From: Adineta vaga
Lineage: Eukaryota > Animalia > Rotifera
Direction of reading: 5' to 3'
Assembly (NCBI GenBank): GCA_021613535.1
Contig: CP075495.1
Location: 10,540,001 to 10,604,000, forward strand
DNA length: 64,000 bases
Made by a program: the position numbers and the translations under genes. The notes under the pieces are model-generated. The model had not been told where the DNA came from. It ran no database searches and worked only from the letters and a program-made list of their open reading frames with translations. Positions 40,078-52,400 of the stretch are shown in pieces (the stretch's first letter is position 1; the number at the start of each line of letters is the position of its first letter).

Positions 40078-41423
40078 CTGAAATCTACAAGAAAGAATTT
40101 GTTATTCTCAATTTAACTAGAAATTTCTCATCGAAATTATATGTTTTGTTCCGTAAAACTAAATATAATTTTCCAACTATTAGTCAACACATACAATTCA
40201 AGGAAGTTTCAAAATAATAAATAAGAGAACGAATGTACGTTTAGTTGATCTTACAACATCCAATCAACGATTACTGTTCATACCTATTGGAATGAATTGA
40301 TCCAATAAAAATTGTAACGTCTATTCAATACACTTTTTATATAATCACTTTATATCTTAATTTTCCTCTTGTTTATTTTGTTATATAAACATGATGTGTT
40401 TGTTTATTACTATTATCGGACAATAGTGACATCTATCGATCAATTTCTATATATGATTATGATCAACTAAGAGACATCGATGAAAATTATGTTTTTTGTA
40501 TCGTAATTCATAAAGATCATCTTCACTTAACTGCTATTAAAACATTGCGTGAGATTATAAATTCAAATGAATATAGTTTTCATGAAATTTTGTTTATTAA
40601 ACGTTATTTAACAAAAATAGATGCTCGATCTGTGTGAATCTTGTGTGAATCATTTTGTATAGAATGAATACTATTTATATGAAAGATCAGTGTGATATCA
40701 CCATGTGAATAGAAATGGATTTATAAGAAGAAAAAAAAAGGAAAACTTATCCTAAACAATTGTCGACAGTTATATGCTCTGGTCTGTTCTTTCTTTGCTT
40801 CTTTTTCTTTTCATCGTTCTAAAGCAAATACTTTACATTCATTATACTTACTTTTATTCTTAATAAAATCAACTGTAAAATGTCAATAATCATTACTAAA
40901 TATTTCTAAACTTTACTATTCGTATGTGTTCTGATGAAAATTTTGCTTATGGATTGTTCTTAATTATTTCTACATTCATTAAGGTAAGTATGGTACACAA
41001 AATTATATATATATATATATATGTATGCAATGCAATGCAATCCTATGTTATAAATAATCGCTGCATTCATTTTTGTCTATAAGCAATCGAGACTAGGGAC
41101 ATCTATGAACAATAAAAATTCTAAATAAAAAAGTCGTGTATTGACATTTAGAAATATACTCCATTGGAAAGTTAAAAGAACACCTAGTTTCATCAAATAA
41201 ATAAGTTAATGAATGATTGAAAATCTTTAGATTATCTCATTTTTATACCAATCAAAAAAAGTTACTTGAATCAGATGGCGTTGTTCTTTTTTGGTGAAAA
41301 AAAGTTTTGTTTTTACTGAAAATCTATCTCACAATATGTTACCCTAATTACTTTAATACAACTATTTTATAATATCATTTTTCAACGAAAATATCATTTG
41401 ATTTAGATGAAATGAAATGAAAT

Positions 41424-44400
41424 ATGTATTTTCCAATCGGTTCCTTTCGAAATTTTTCATTACCTATAGAAGAACCATATGAGATTATATTTCTACGAAC
41501 TACACGTGATCGTCTTAAACTTGTTCTACTCACACCAACTATTATAAGTGTATGGTTGACCAAGGTAAAGAAAACTTCAGAATTCAACGTTTGTTTTTCA
41601 TTTCTAATAATTCCTATTTTAGCCAACAACATTAGTTGGTCTTGTTCGACGTTCAGAAAATTCCATTGCAGTACATGGTCAAAATGTTTATGCTGAATGG
41701 CGAAGTGATACTCAAAAATTAGCAGTTTCAACAAATAAAGGTTATATAATCTATTATAAAGTGGTAGTTGACAAACCAAAATCATCATTTTTCGGTTCGA
41801 ATAATGAAGAAGATCCATGGTAATACTGATTTTTCAATTAAATATTTTATCTTATTTTCATCTATTAGTGAATTTCTCATTCGCATTAATACTGAAGCAC
41901 AATTCACATTTCCTATGGTACGAATTAAATTAATTCAAGATAGTGCTTTACATATTGGTTCTCACATTCAAGGGTATATCTCAATAATCTCTAACAAAAA
42001 AAATTAATTTCTTCTATTGATTATTTAGACTTACAAGTCTTGGTCCAGATTTACTAGTTGCTGATAATACAGGATATTTGTATCGTATATCATGGGATGG
42101 ATCTATTCATCAAAATTTAACTATATCTTTGAATGCTATAACATATACAGTTTCGTTAAATTCTGATCGAGGTTTGTTTGTTAGTTTTATTTGATTCTTA
42201 ATCAATATGAATTTTCTTTTTTTAAGTTTATAAAATTCATCAAATTGAACGTTATGCAAAATGTATTGAATTTTCACCGTTATTGAATGGTATTGGAGTG
42301 ATATTTAATGATGGAACATCAGGTTTAATCATCTGTGAAACATCGAAATTTGAACCACAGGTATGGTAGAAATCTTTTATTTAAAATTAATAAATATGTC
42401 TCTTTTTTAGCAATGTCAATGTATTGTAATTCAACCAATAAATGACGAAAAAATCTGGAAAAATCATTGTTGTGTTGCATTAAATGCCATTTATCAATTA
42501 TTAGCATTCGGTTCAACAACGTTAGTATTGAATATTGATTTATGATCGAATCATTTCTATTCTTAATGTTTGATTTGTAGTGGGCAAGGTGCAGTTTATT
42601 ATATTGATGAATTAACAGCATCATTACAATTAGCATTTAAAATACAATTATCGGTAGAAAATTTTCCAGGTATCGGATGATTCTGTTCATTTTTTTTTAT
42701 AGAAGCAAATGCATATTTTGGTTTTCTTTAATAGATTTAATAGATAATTTGGGTGCATTACGTTCAATGAAATGGAGTCCAGATTATCGTGTTCTTTGTA
42801 CTCTTTGGGAGAATGGTGCATTTGCTGTATGGACTGTATTTGGTTTACTTCTTCATTGTTCTTATTCATCAGAACAATCATTGTAAGATTGCTATTAAGA
42901 TAGAGATATATTTAGTTTGCTCTATTTCAATAGAAATCCTATGCATTCATATGGTCTTTCTCGTGTTATTGTAAGTAGCAATCTTACTGAAAGAATCACT
43001 TCGATTTGATTGAATTGTTAGGAATGGGGTCCTGATGGATATACTCTATGGATTGCATCGGATAAGTCTACTCTAAATACACCAACAACGATGAATAATC
43101 AAATTGAAACATCCAAAGAAAACAACAGTCAATTAATATTATTAAGTTTTTTAAAATCAGCTGTGATTAATAATCCTCATTCGGTTCGTTTCGATAGATC
43201 GATAATTGTTTTTATATTTTCAAATCGTATCGAATCATTTTGATCTTCTAGGGAAGCATTGAACATTTATTATTACAATCAGAAGATAAAGTTTATTTAT
43301 ATCTAAGTGGTAATCAACAATCGAGCAATGGTAACAATAATGGTTTATCAGTATCCGTTGGTACTGATGTTGGTTGGCAAGTGATTCAATTACCACAATT
43401 ATATATTCATAATAATTGGCCAATCAAAGTAAGATACACTTTTAATTTCGCAATAATAGTATAATAAGACTAATTCTGTATGTTTAGTTTGCTTGTATTG
43501 ATAATACTGGTCAATATTTAGCAGTCGCTGGTCAACATGGCTTTGTACATTTTTCGTTATTTACACGAAAATGGAAATTGTTTGGCAATGCTGGTCAAGT
43601 AAGATCCTTAGACGTAAATTGATAAGGATGAACTATTAATATTATTCTATATAAGGAACGTGATATACGTGTTGTTGGTGGTTTATTATGGTGGGAAGAA
43701 TTTATTGTATGTGGATGTACATCAACAAGTGAAAATCGAGATGAAGTAAGAAAAAGACAAATTTTTATAAGAAAAACTATTTGAGAAAATAGCATATCTT
43801 TATGTAATCTATATATATGTATGTATATTTAGCATGTTCCGAGATATGAAGTAAGAGATAGAGATACAAACAAAATAATATGACTAATGAAAAGAAACAG
43901 AGATTCAGTTCATTATGCAAGCATGTACTTAAAGATATACTATTGAGCTATTTTTTGTCTTTTTGTTTCTTTAACTAATATTTTTGCATGTCTGTTTTAT
44001 GCTATTATTTGGGATATTGTGACTATCACTTAAACAGAGAAAGAATTGAGCAACTATTTAATCTAATCATTTATAATTTACTAAAAACAAATTAGATATA
44101 TCTATATTATTCATCAAAATTTAGATTCGTCTCTATTCACGGGTAACCAATTTGGATAATCAATTTTCGTATGTTACTCGTTTACAATCGCCCATTATAT
44201 GTTTAAATATATATGATGATACATTAATTGTATTTTCGTAAGCAAACTAGATCAAGTGTCTTCGATCGAAAAATGAAATGAGAATATTTTTCTTCTATTT
44301 AGATATGATTTACATATTATGCTGTATGCTTTGGAACGAAGGGAAGGTAAACCAGGTGAGTAGAAAATACGTGAAGTAATAGAATTATCTATCTCGAAAA

Positions 44401-47400
44401 AGGATTTTGACTATTCTCTTTTGACAAAATTCTTTATTAAAATCATGATGAATTTTACAAAGTGAATTGCATATGAATATATCTTTTTTTTGCTTTTAAT
44501 GTTTAATTAAGTTCCTACAGCATCTATGATCAAATTACATGAAATATCTGTTGAATCTTATGTTCCACATGCTGTTTTTGTTCCATTTATTGGTTTAACA
44601 TCTCTACGAACCGATTCAGGTATCTATCGATGATTGTATTTCTACATCAAATCCATCCTTCTCTTTGTATTCAAATCTAAAACAGGTTTACCACTATCAA
44701 ATACTTCTTCATCCAATGATAATACTCCTCAAAGTATTCTTCTAAATGTTTGTGGTCGTCTTCTTCTTCTACAACAAGAACGAGGTGGTTCATCCTTAGT
44801 TTTACAAAAAACATCAAAAAAGAATACATCACAATCGGTGACCTTCTTACCACCAGTGATGATTGCTGCCTGGGTTGAATGTATTTGGACAATTTCGCAT
44901 CAAAATTCAACAAATCCATATCTATCGAATGCTCTATGGTTATGTTGTGGACTACATGGAATGAAAGTTTGGCTGCCATTATATCGTAAACTAGATGAAC
45001 CAATTTTTCAATCGCATCGAATTATGTTAACATTTGGTTTAACGATCTATCCATTAGGTACGAAACAGATGAAGGAAAATATTGAATATTAGAATTTTTC
45101 TGAATGATTCTATTTTTTGTTACAGCTGTTGTAGTAGAGGAAGCAGTTATTCTTGGTGCTATGTCGGAATTGGAAAATTTTAATTCAAATACATTTTGCT
45201 CAATTACAAAAACCGTAAGTGTTTTCTTTAAATTTATTTAATTACAATATAGAAAATCCCATTATTTAGACTCAAGTCTTTCTTAATCATGTCTTTCAAG
45301 AATTAATTCGAAAAAAGTATTATTAATTCTTAATTTCCTGTTTTTTTTTTGTAAAATCCATTTAAAAATATTTATAGCCTCGATTTCGATGCACTACAAA
45401 TTGCTCAAACATGCAAAAGTATTCCACATTTTTCTCATGTACTTGAATTACTTTTACATAAAGTACTAGAAGAAGAAGCAACTAGTACACAACCAATTCC
45501 AGGTAAATAAGAGTGATAAGACAATATGTTCTTTTCCATTGTTGATTTTATTAATTCTATTAGATCCACTTTTACCACGTGTAACTGATTTCATCAAATT
45601 ATTTCCTCAATTTCTGCGTATTATATCACATTGTGCACGAAAAACTGAAGTAGCTCTATGGCCATGTTTGTTTTCTACGCCAATTATTGGTGATCCAAAG
45701 AAACTCTTTCAAGTAAAGTTTAATTCATGATTTTCTTTTTTCAATTAATTTTTTTGTCTTATTTAGCAATGTTTAACGGATAATAATTTAGAAACAGCAG
45801 CATCCTATTTGATTATAATACAAAATTTAGAGAAAAGTGAAGTTAGTCAACAGGTACAAATGATAATGTTAGTTGTGATTGAAATCTTTCTGAAATCTTT
45901 TCAATTTAGTTCGCACAAGTTTTACTTGAACATTCATTAGAAAATGCCAAATGGGAATTAGCAACAGATATTCTTCGATTTATTCGTTCAATAGGTAATA
46001 ATTGCATTTTGAATGAAATGTGAAATATCAATAATTCATTTTTTTTATGTCTCAGATCCACAAGATTTGAATAATGATGAGTACATTCGTACATTAAATA
46101 CGCGATATGCTCCATCGAAAACGACTAAACGTGTTTCAAATACACTAAGTCATAAATCTCCATTATCACCTCATCGAGACACATTAAAATTTACCTATGT
46201 TCCAAATATACGACAGCGAACAGCAAGCGTTGCTAATGCTACAGGTAATCCATCCGCAATAATGACAATTCCTGAAGCACCACCATTACCATCATCGTTA
46301 ACACCTATAAAAGCAAAAGCATCATGGCCAGCAGCAACAGCTGTTTTAAATCATTCTCCAGTTAATGCGACAACATCAAATAATCCATCAGAATCATTAA
46401 ATACATCACTAAATGAAACTCGAGGGAGAAAAGCAAGCTCATCCGATAGTAAATCACCAAGAAAAGATAGTGAATCACAACAACAACACTCATTTGATTC
46501 ATCAGATATAACATTGATTCAGGCACCAATTACTTCATCAATTAATTTTATTCAACGAACTTTAAATCAACATGCTTTACAAGCAATTGCTAAAGGTCGC
46601 CTAAGACATATAGGTTATATGGCAGCGAATATTGCTGATTTTGATCTACTTAATTGGCTTAAAACTCATAAGTACGATAAATTTGTTTCTTTTTTTTTAA
46701 TCTTGAATATCAATTGAATAAATTAGACATGAATCTGCATTGATTATTTCAAACTATCCTGAATCACTCAAAACACTTCATATGGAATTTGATTGGCCAT
46801 TTCCAGTTTTTCTTTCGCCCAATGTTTATTTCAATCCATTATATCGTTTGTTGATTATACTTATTTGAAATCTAACTAACTTATTTTCTCTTCAGGAGAT
46901 AAAGATTCTACAACATCAAGTACAGACAATAATGGACATCATTCGGATTCAGGTCTTGGACCAAATGATCGCAATGGCGAACATGGTATTATTATTATTG
47001 AATTCGAATAAAATAGATCAATAACTATTCACTATTATTATTTCAGATGAAAAATATTCTGCTCAAGTATCTCGAGCAACATCTAAAGATGAAATGAATG
47101 TCAATTTAACACCCAAGAAACAAAAAGATTTTTGTAAGCATCTATGTCTAACTTAAAACTCGTTCGATTATTTTCGTGTTCTAGTGGATACATTAAGTTT
47201 AACATCTGAAGCGAGTTCCATGCCAGTGGATAATGAATTCGATGATCTTGTTCAAAATCGTGATATTGAAAGTCTGACTCAAGAATTAGCCAATCGTGGT
47301 CCACCATTATGTGAAAAGCAAATAAAGTAAAACCAGGAAGAGGAAAGCGTCTTTCTAAACTATGTCTTCTTCTAGATATCTTTATGATATATTTTTAACG

Positions 47401-48505
47401 GCTGATTATTATGATTGGGCTTTTCTGTTCTCATTGATTCTTAAAAGTCAAACAATGATTACACAAGTGATTAATGCTATTCGAATACAAGATTTGTCCA
47501 CACAAATGTTTGCTTTACAACGTGGTTTGGCAGAATTAGAAATATGGGCAGATATTGAATGGTAGTTAATTGTTTTCTATTTCATCGATGAATTACATTT
47601 TAATTGTTTATTTTCTAGTCCTGGATATAAATCTTTATTAACATTCGTACGTAATCAAGCTCAAGCTTTAATGAATCAACGACGAACATTTTTTCCACCA
47701 TCCCCTTCAAAAAAACAAATGTCATTAGATCAACGTAAGTTCATCTCGTTGTTTTTCTCGAAGATAGTCTGTATTTATTTTAGATGACGATGTGTTTTCT
47801 ATGAAAAAACCAACTATAGATAATAATCAACTGCAATCACTACGTAAGAAAAGTTCATCACGTAATCGTACAAGTTCAACAGCAGATTCCGATCTACCTA
47901 CATCAACATTTGAAACATTGCCCATCAATACACAAGTTCCAGAGAATAGAAAAACTCGTGAAACATCACCAGCTCTACGTACACGTCGTTTCAGTGGTGA
48001 TATAATCCTACCTCCTTCTTCATCATCGGAACCTATTGAACCATCGCTTTTTTCGCCAGGTTCAGTTCGTGCACGAACAGCAGGTTCATTTCATGAAAAT
48101 AGAGATCCTTCGTCATCATTGAAAAATCAAACTTCTTTTCCTACAGCAGCATCCGTCGATTGTTCACCTCCTTCATCACCATTAAAACATCTGAATATTC
48201 GTTTAAGCTCTGGTAATGCTCATAATACAAGTGATTTCATTCATACAGGTCATCAACATTTACCACATGCTAATCATTTGAATAATCCACCACATAACCA
48301 AATATCCAATCATTCCCAACAGCAACAACAACAACAACAACAACAAAATTTATTATCAAATGAAACAGCACGAGATAAACTTTTACAAACTGTTTATATC
48401 AATAATACGAATTCTAATTCTTCGGCTTTATCCGAATCGTTAACCAATGGTACCAATTCACATACTCATGCAACTGAATCTTCCTCAAATTGTGTTCTAT
48501 CATAA
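41424..48505 (+). CDS. RIC1: RAB6A GEF complex subunit RIC1, many exons
   Basis: MYFPIG start, [70 protein letters not shown]; C-terminal NCVLS (CaaX-like). Confidence 0.93.
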
Positions 48506-49469
48506 CACAAAAGTTTCTTTTTCGTTGTGAAATATATAAAAGACAATTTTTACCAAAAGAATAAGGACACATACATATTTAGTAATAAGTTGTTATCTTT
48601 CTTTTGTCTGTATGTGTGTTATTGTGCAATAGAACTTTCTTTTGATTTTGATTTTATTTTATTTTTCATTCTTCTTCGTTTATCACGATCTGAGTACACT
48701 TTTCTTTTCTTTTCTTTCTCTTTATAAAACATACATTCACAAATTGGATTAGTTTACCAAAATAAGTGAAAAAAATATGTGTGCCTTTGTTGATTACTAA
48801 CTTAACAAAAAAGAAGAAGAGAGACGAAAGAAAAACAAAGACAGTACGAACTAAATCTTTTTCTTCTTGTGAGTGTTTCCTTTTTTATTCATATTCAAGC
48901 ATTTATTTATTTATTGATATTGATTGTATTCTTTATGCGGTTCAATTAACAATTGTTACATTTATTCTGTTAATTTATTTTCTAATTTAATATCTCGTAA
49001 AAAAACGCTAATATGATGAAAGTTATCTTGTTATAGTGATCATGATACATATATATATTTCTTAGATTAGATATCGTTATTTAGTTGTTATACGTCAACA
49101 TGATGCTTTATATATGTATGTTATCTTTAATGAAAGTTTTTTTTTCTTTTCCAATGTGTATTGTACATTGATAGAAATCTATTTCTTGTAGTTATTAAAG
49201 TGTTTCTTCAGCGTAATACACATTGATCATTTGGTGACAGTTAAATAATTGTTATCTATTACATAGAATATCAAAATTTTCGTTGTTAATTGTGATAGTT
49301 GACACACAATGTCTGAAACGATAATGAGAGAAGTTTACCACTCGTTCTTGTACCAAACTGACAGTTTAAAATGTTAAATATATGTATGTTTTATTGAAAA
49401 AATTCAGAATTCTCATATAAAATACAGTAATATAATGTGTTTTTCATTAAAGAAATAATTTTGTTTTGA

Positions 49470-52400
49470 TCATTCTTTTGTATCATTCGTTGAATCTTTA
49501 CTTGTACTAGCATACAAATCATTGATATTTGAACTTTTTCGTGCAAGAAGACGAATTGTTTTATTCATTCCAGCTGTTCCATCATTGTTCACATGCATAA
49601 TATCAAATTGTTCTTCACTAGCAATTCGAGCACGAATTGGAAAGTGCATTATATCAGTTTCAGTAATAATTTCAATCGATTGATCAAGTTGATAGAGACC
49701 TTGAGATTGTTGCTGTTGCTGTTGATGTTGACTATAATTTTGTTTAATAATTGCATACAATTCGATCATTAATGGTCGACTCATGCCGGCAGCAAGCTTT
49801 AAAAAAGAAAAAATAATCTTCTGGTCAGAGAGAGAAAGTTTTGAAATTAGTATACGTACAACGCCTGGTTGAAATACAACTCGTAAACCAGTACCTAAAG
49901 GTGGTTGACGAACACGAAAACGGCATGAATCAATACCAACATTTTTAATCTCAACTTCTGCTCCATAGGTGACACCTATATTAATTTGTTTTTTTTTATA
50001 GTATTTCTATATCAATTAACAGTTACCTTCTTTCAAAATACCAAAATCAATCTTATCTGGAAAAAGTTCACAACCGCGTCTTGCTCGTAATGGCCGATTA
50101 TTGAGAACAGCAGCACCAATTGATGCATTATTAGGTCGAACCATAACAGGTTCTTCCATATCGAGAAACTAAACATTTTCTTAATAATTTCTTTTCTTTT
50201 TACTAAATAAAAGAAAATACTTACACGTGAATGAGGTTGTGCATTCGGTCGCGAACCTTTCAATGAATTAGGTACACGAACTGGATTTGCTCGTTGATTG
50301 CCATATGCATCATATTGAACAGTATTTCTTGGTGATTGAAATGGTTTAACAGGACGATACGTACCATCTTGATTACGTTCATCTGAACCATTCATTGTTT
50401 TACTCTCTGCAACTTCTAGATAAATGAAAATATATTCAATTCAATCAAATCATTCATTACAGTTTATTATTGGTAGGAAACTAAATAGTGTCTTAGAAAT
50501 ATTGGTTTTACCTGTACTAAGACTTCGATTTAATTGAGGTTTTCGAATTTCTAATAGACGATTTTGTTGTTCCGTTGGTGAATTTGGAGGAGATCTTACG
50601 AGTTTATCGTGTTTATGGGATGTTTCTAAATAAAAATCAATTATATAATACAACTGTCAAAAATGTCTTTGATCACGTGTTTTAAGAAAAGAAAATAGAG
50701 AATATTAAACTTACTCGTAGCTTCTGCACTTCTCGATTCTCTGACTGTGATAGTTTCTATTCCTTGTTGATGATTTTGTTGCTGTGTATATGCAACACCC
50801 CATTCAGTTTGAAAATAAGGTACAGCAATGCCTCTATTAATATCATGTTTTAATTTTTTATTTGCTTTTTCTTGTCGAAGTTCATCATGTAGATGACCGA
50901 GATTGAACTTTTTCGCTAGAGGTATTACTGATTGATGAGTTGCTGGTTTTTGTTTATCAGGATGAACAGTTTTAAGATATAATAAAGCTAAATCATCTAA
51001 TCAAACAAAGAAAACTGTTCCAGATGAGATGAAGAAGAAAAAAAACGTGAAGCACCTTTTGTTGTGCCATATGGTCGAGCATTTTTCCAGATCTTACTAG
51101 CTTGTTCTTTTTCAAATCGATTTCGATGATCTTGTGGAAGTAGATTTGTATGATAATCAGCTCGATTGGTAACATATTCAATGTATGCTCTGATGGAAGA
51201 ACAAAAGATAAAGTAAAAAGTGAAATATTTTTATCATACTTCAATGAGTTGAATAATTTAAAACGAATATCATCATGTAATCGTGGAAATTCCATAAAAT
51301 TACGATAATCAAGAGCTTTTGGCATTTCAAGTATAGGTTGTTGGTTTGTAAAGCCAGTTGAAAATGTTCCTGATTGATTACATTTATCGGTTTGCCGAAC
51401 GAAACTATTCTCGTGAGAATCTAAATGCATAAACGATAGAAAAAAAAATTAAATCAATTCATAATTACCAGTTGTTGCCGTGTCTGCTGTATAAGTACGA
51501 AGGCTTACAGGAACAACAGATTCATCATCAAATGTTGTTGACCAACGACGATGAATTTCATCTAAAATTATTATTTAATCAAGATTATGAAATTTCAACA
51601 AATATTTTCCTACCTTGAAATGGTCGCATTACGGTTGCACCAGTAACTTTTGGATTACTTGATAATGGTTCACGAACAACAGCTGTACTTGGATCAAGAT
51701 CCATTGTTCGTAAATATGAATAAAGATCTTTGAAACGAAGTAATTCAGTTCCACTACCATCTTCATGAACAATAAAAAATCTAGGAATAATGAATAATTA
51801 TTAGTAAGAAGTATTATTACTAATCAAATAATAACAGTTGTATTACAAGAGAAACAATTAGAGATAAACTCAATGGTATTTACCTTGGTACATGTAATTC
51901 TAATGGAAATTTTCTTGCTGGTTGCTGTTCATCATTATCTTTCGAATAGGTTTCTCCTGATGATTCAACACAATATTGTGTTTGTTCATAATCCACTGCA
52001 TCAAAAATGACATCACCATTTTGTGACATAATACATTTACTTGGTTCAATATTTGATAAAAGTTCTTGAATACGCTTTCCATAATTTGATCTAAGTAGAA
52101 ATTAAACCGAAAAACTTTGTCGAATGATCAATAAATATAAAACTTACTGTTGAAAATCAAAAAGTATATCACCATTATCATTAATATCAAATTTTTCTCC
52201 ATCACTTTCATAGACGGAATATGTACCATTGGAGAAGACATCAATTGAACTACCGTCACTAAATACTGTTCGACAATCAGTAGTTTGACTATTAAAAGCA
52301 ACTGTAGCATAACCAAATGCTTCAATTTTAACATGAGGAATTCGTTGAAAACTTGATGATGAATTATTGAACTCTCCTATTCATATATATGTAAAGAATA

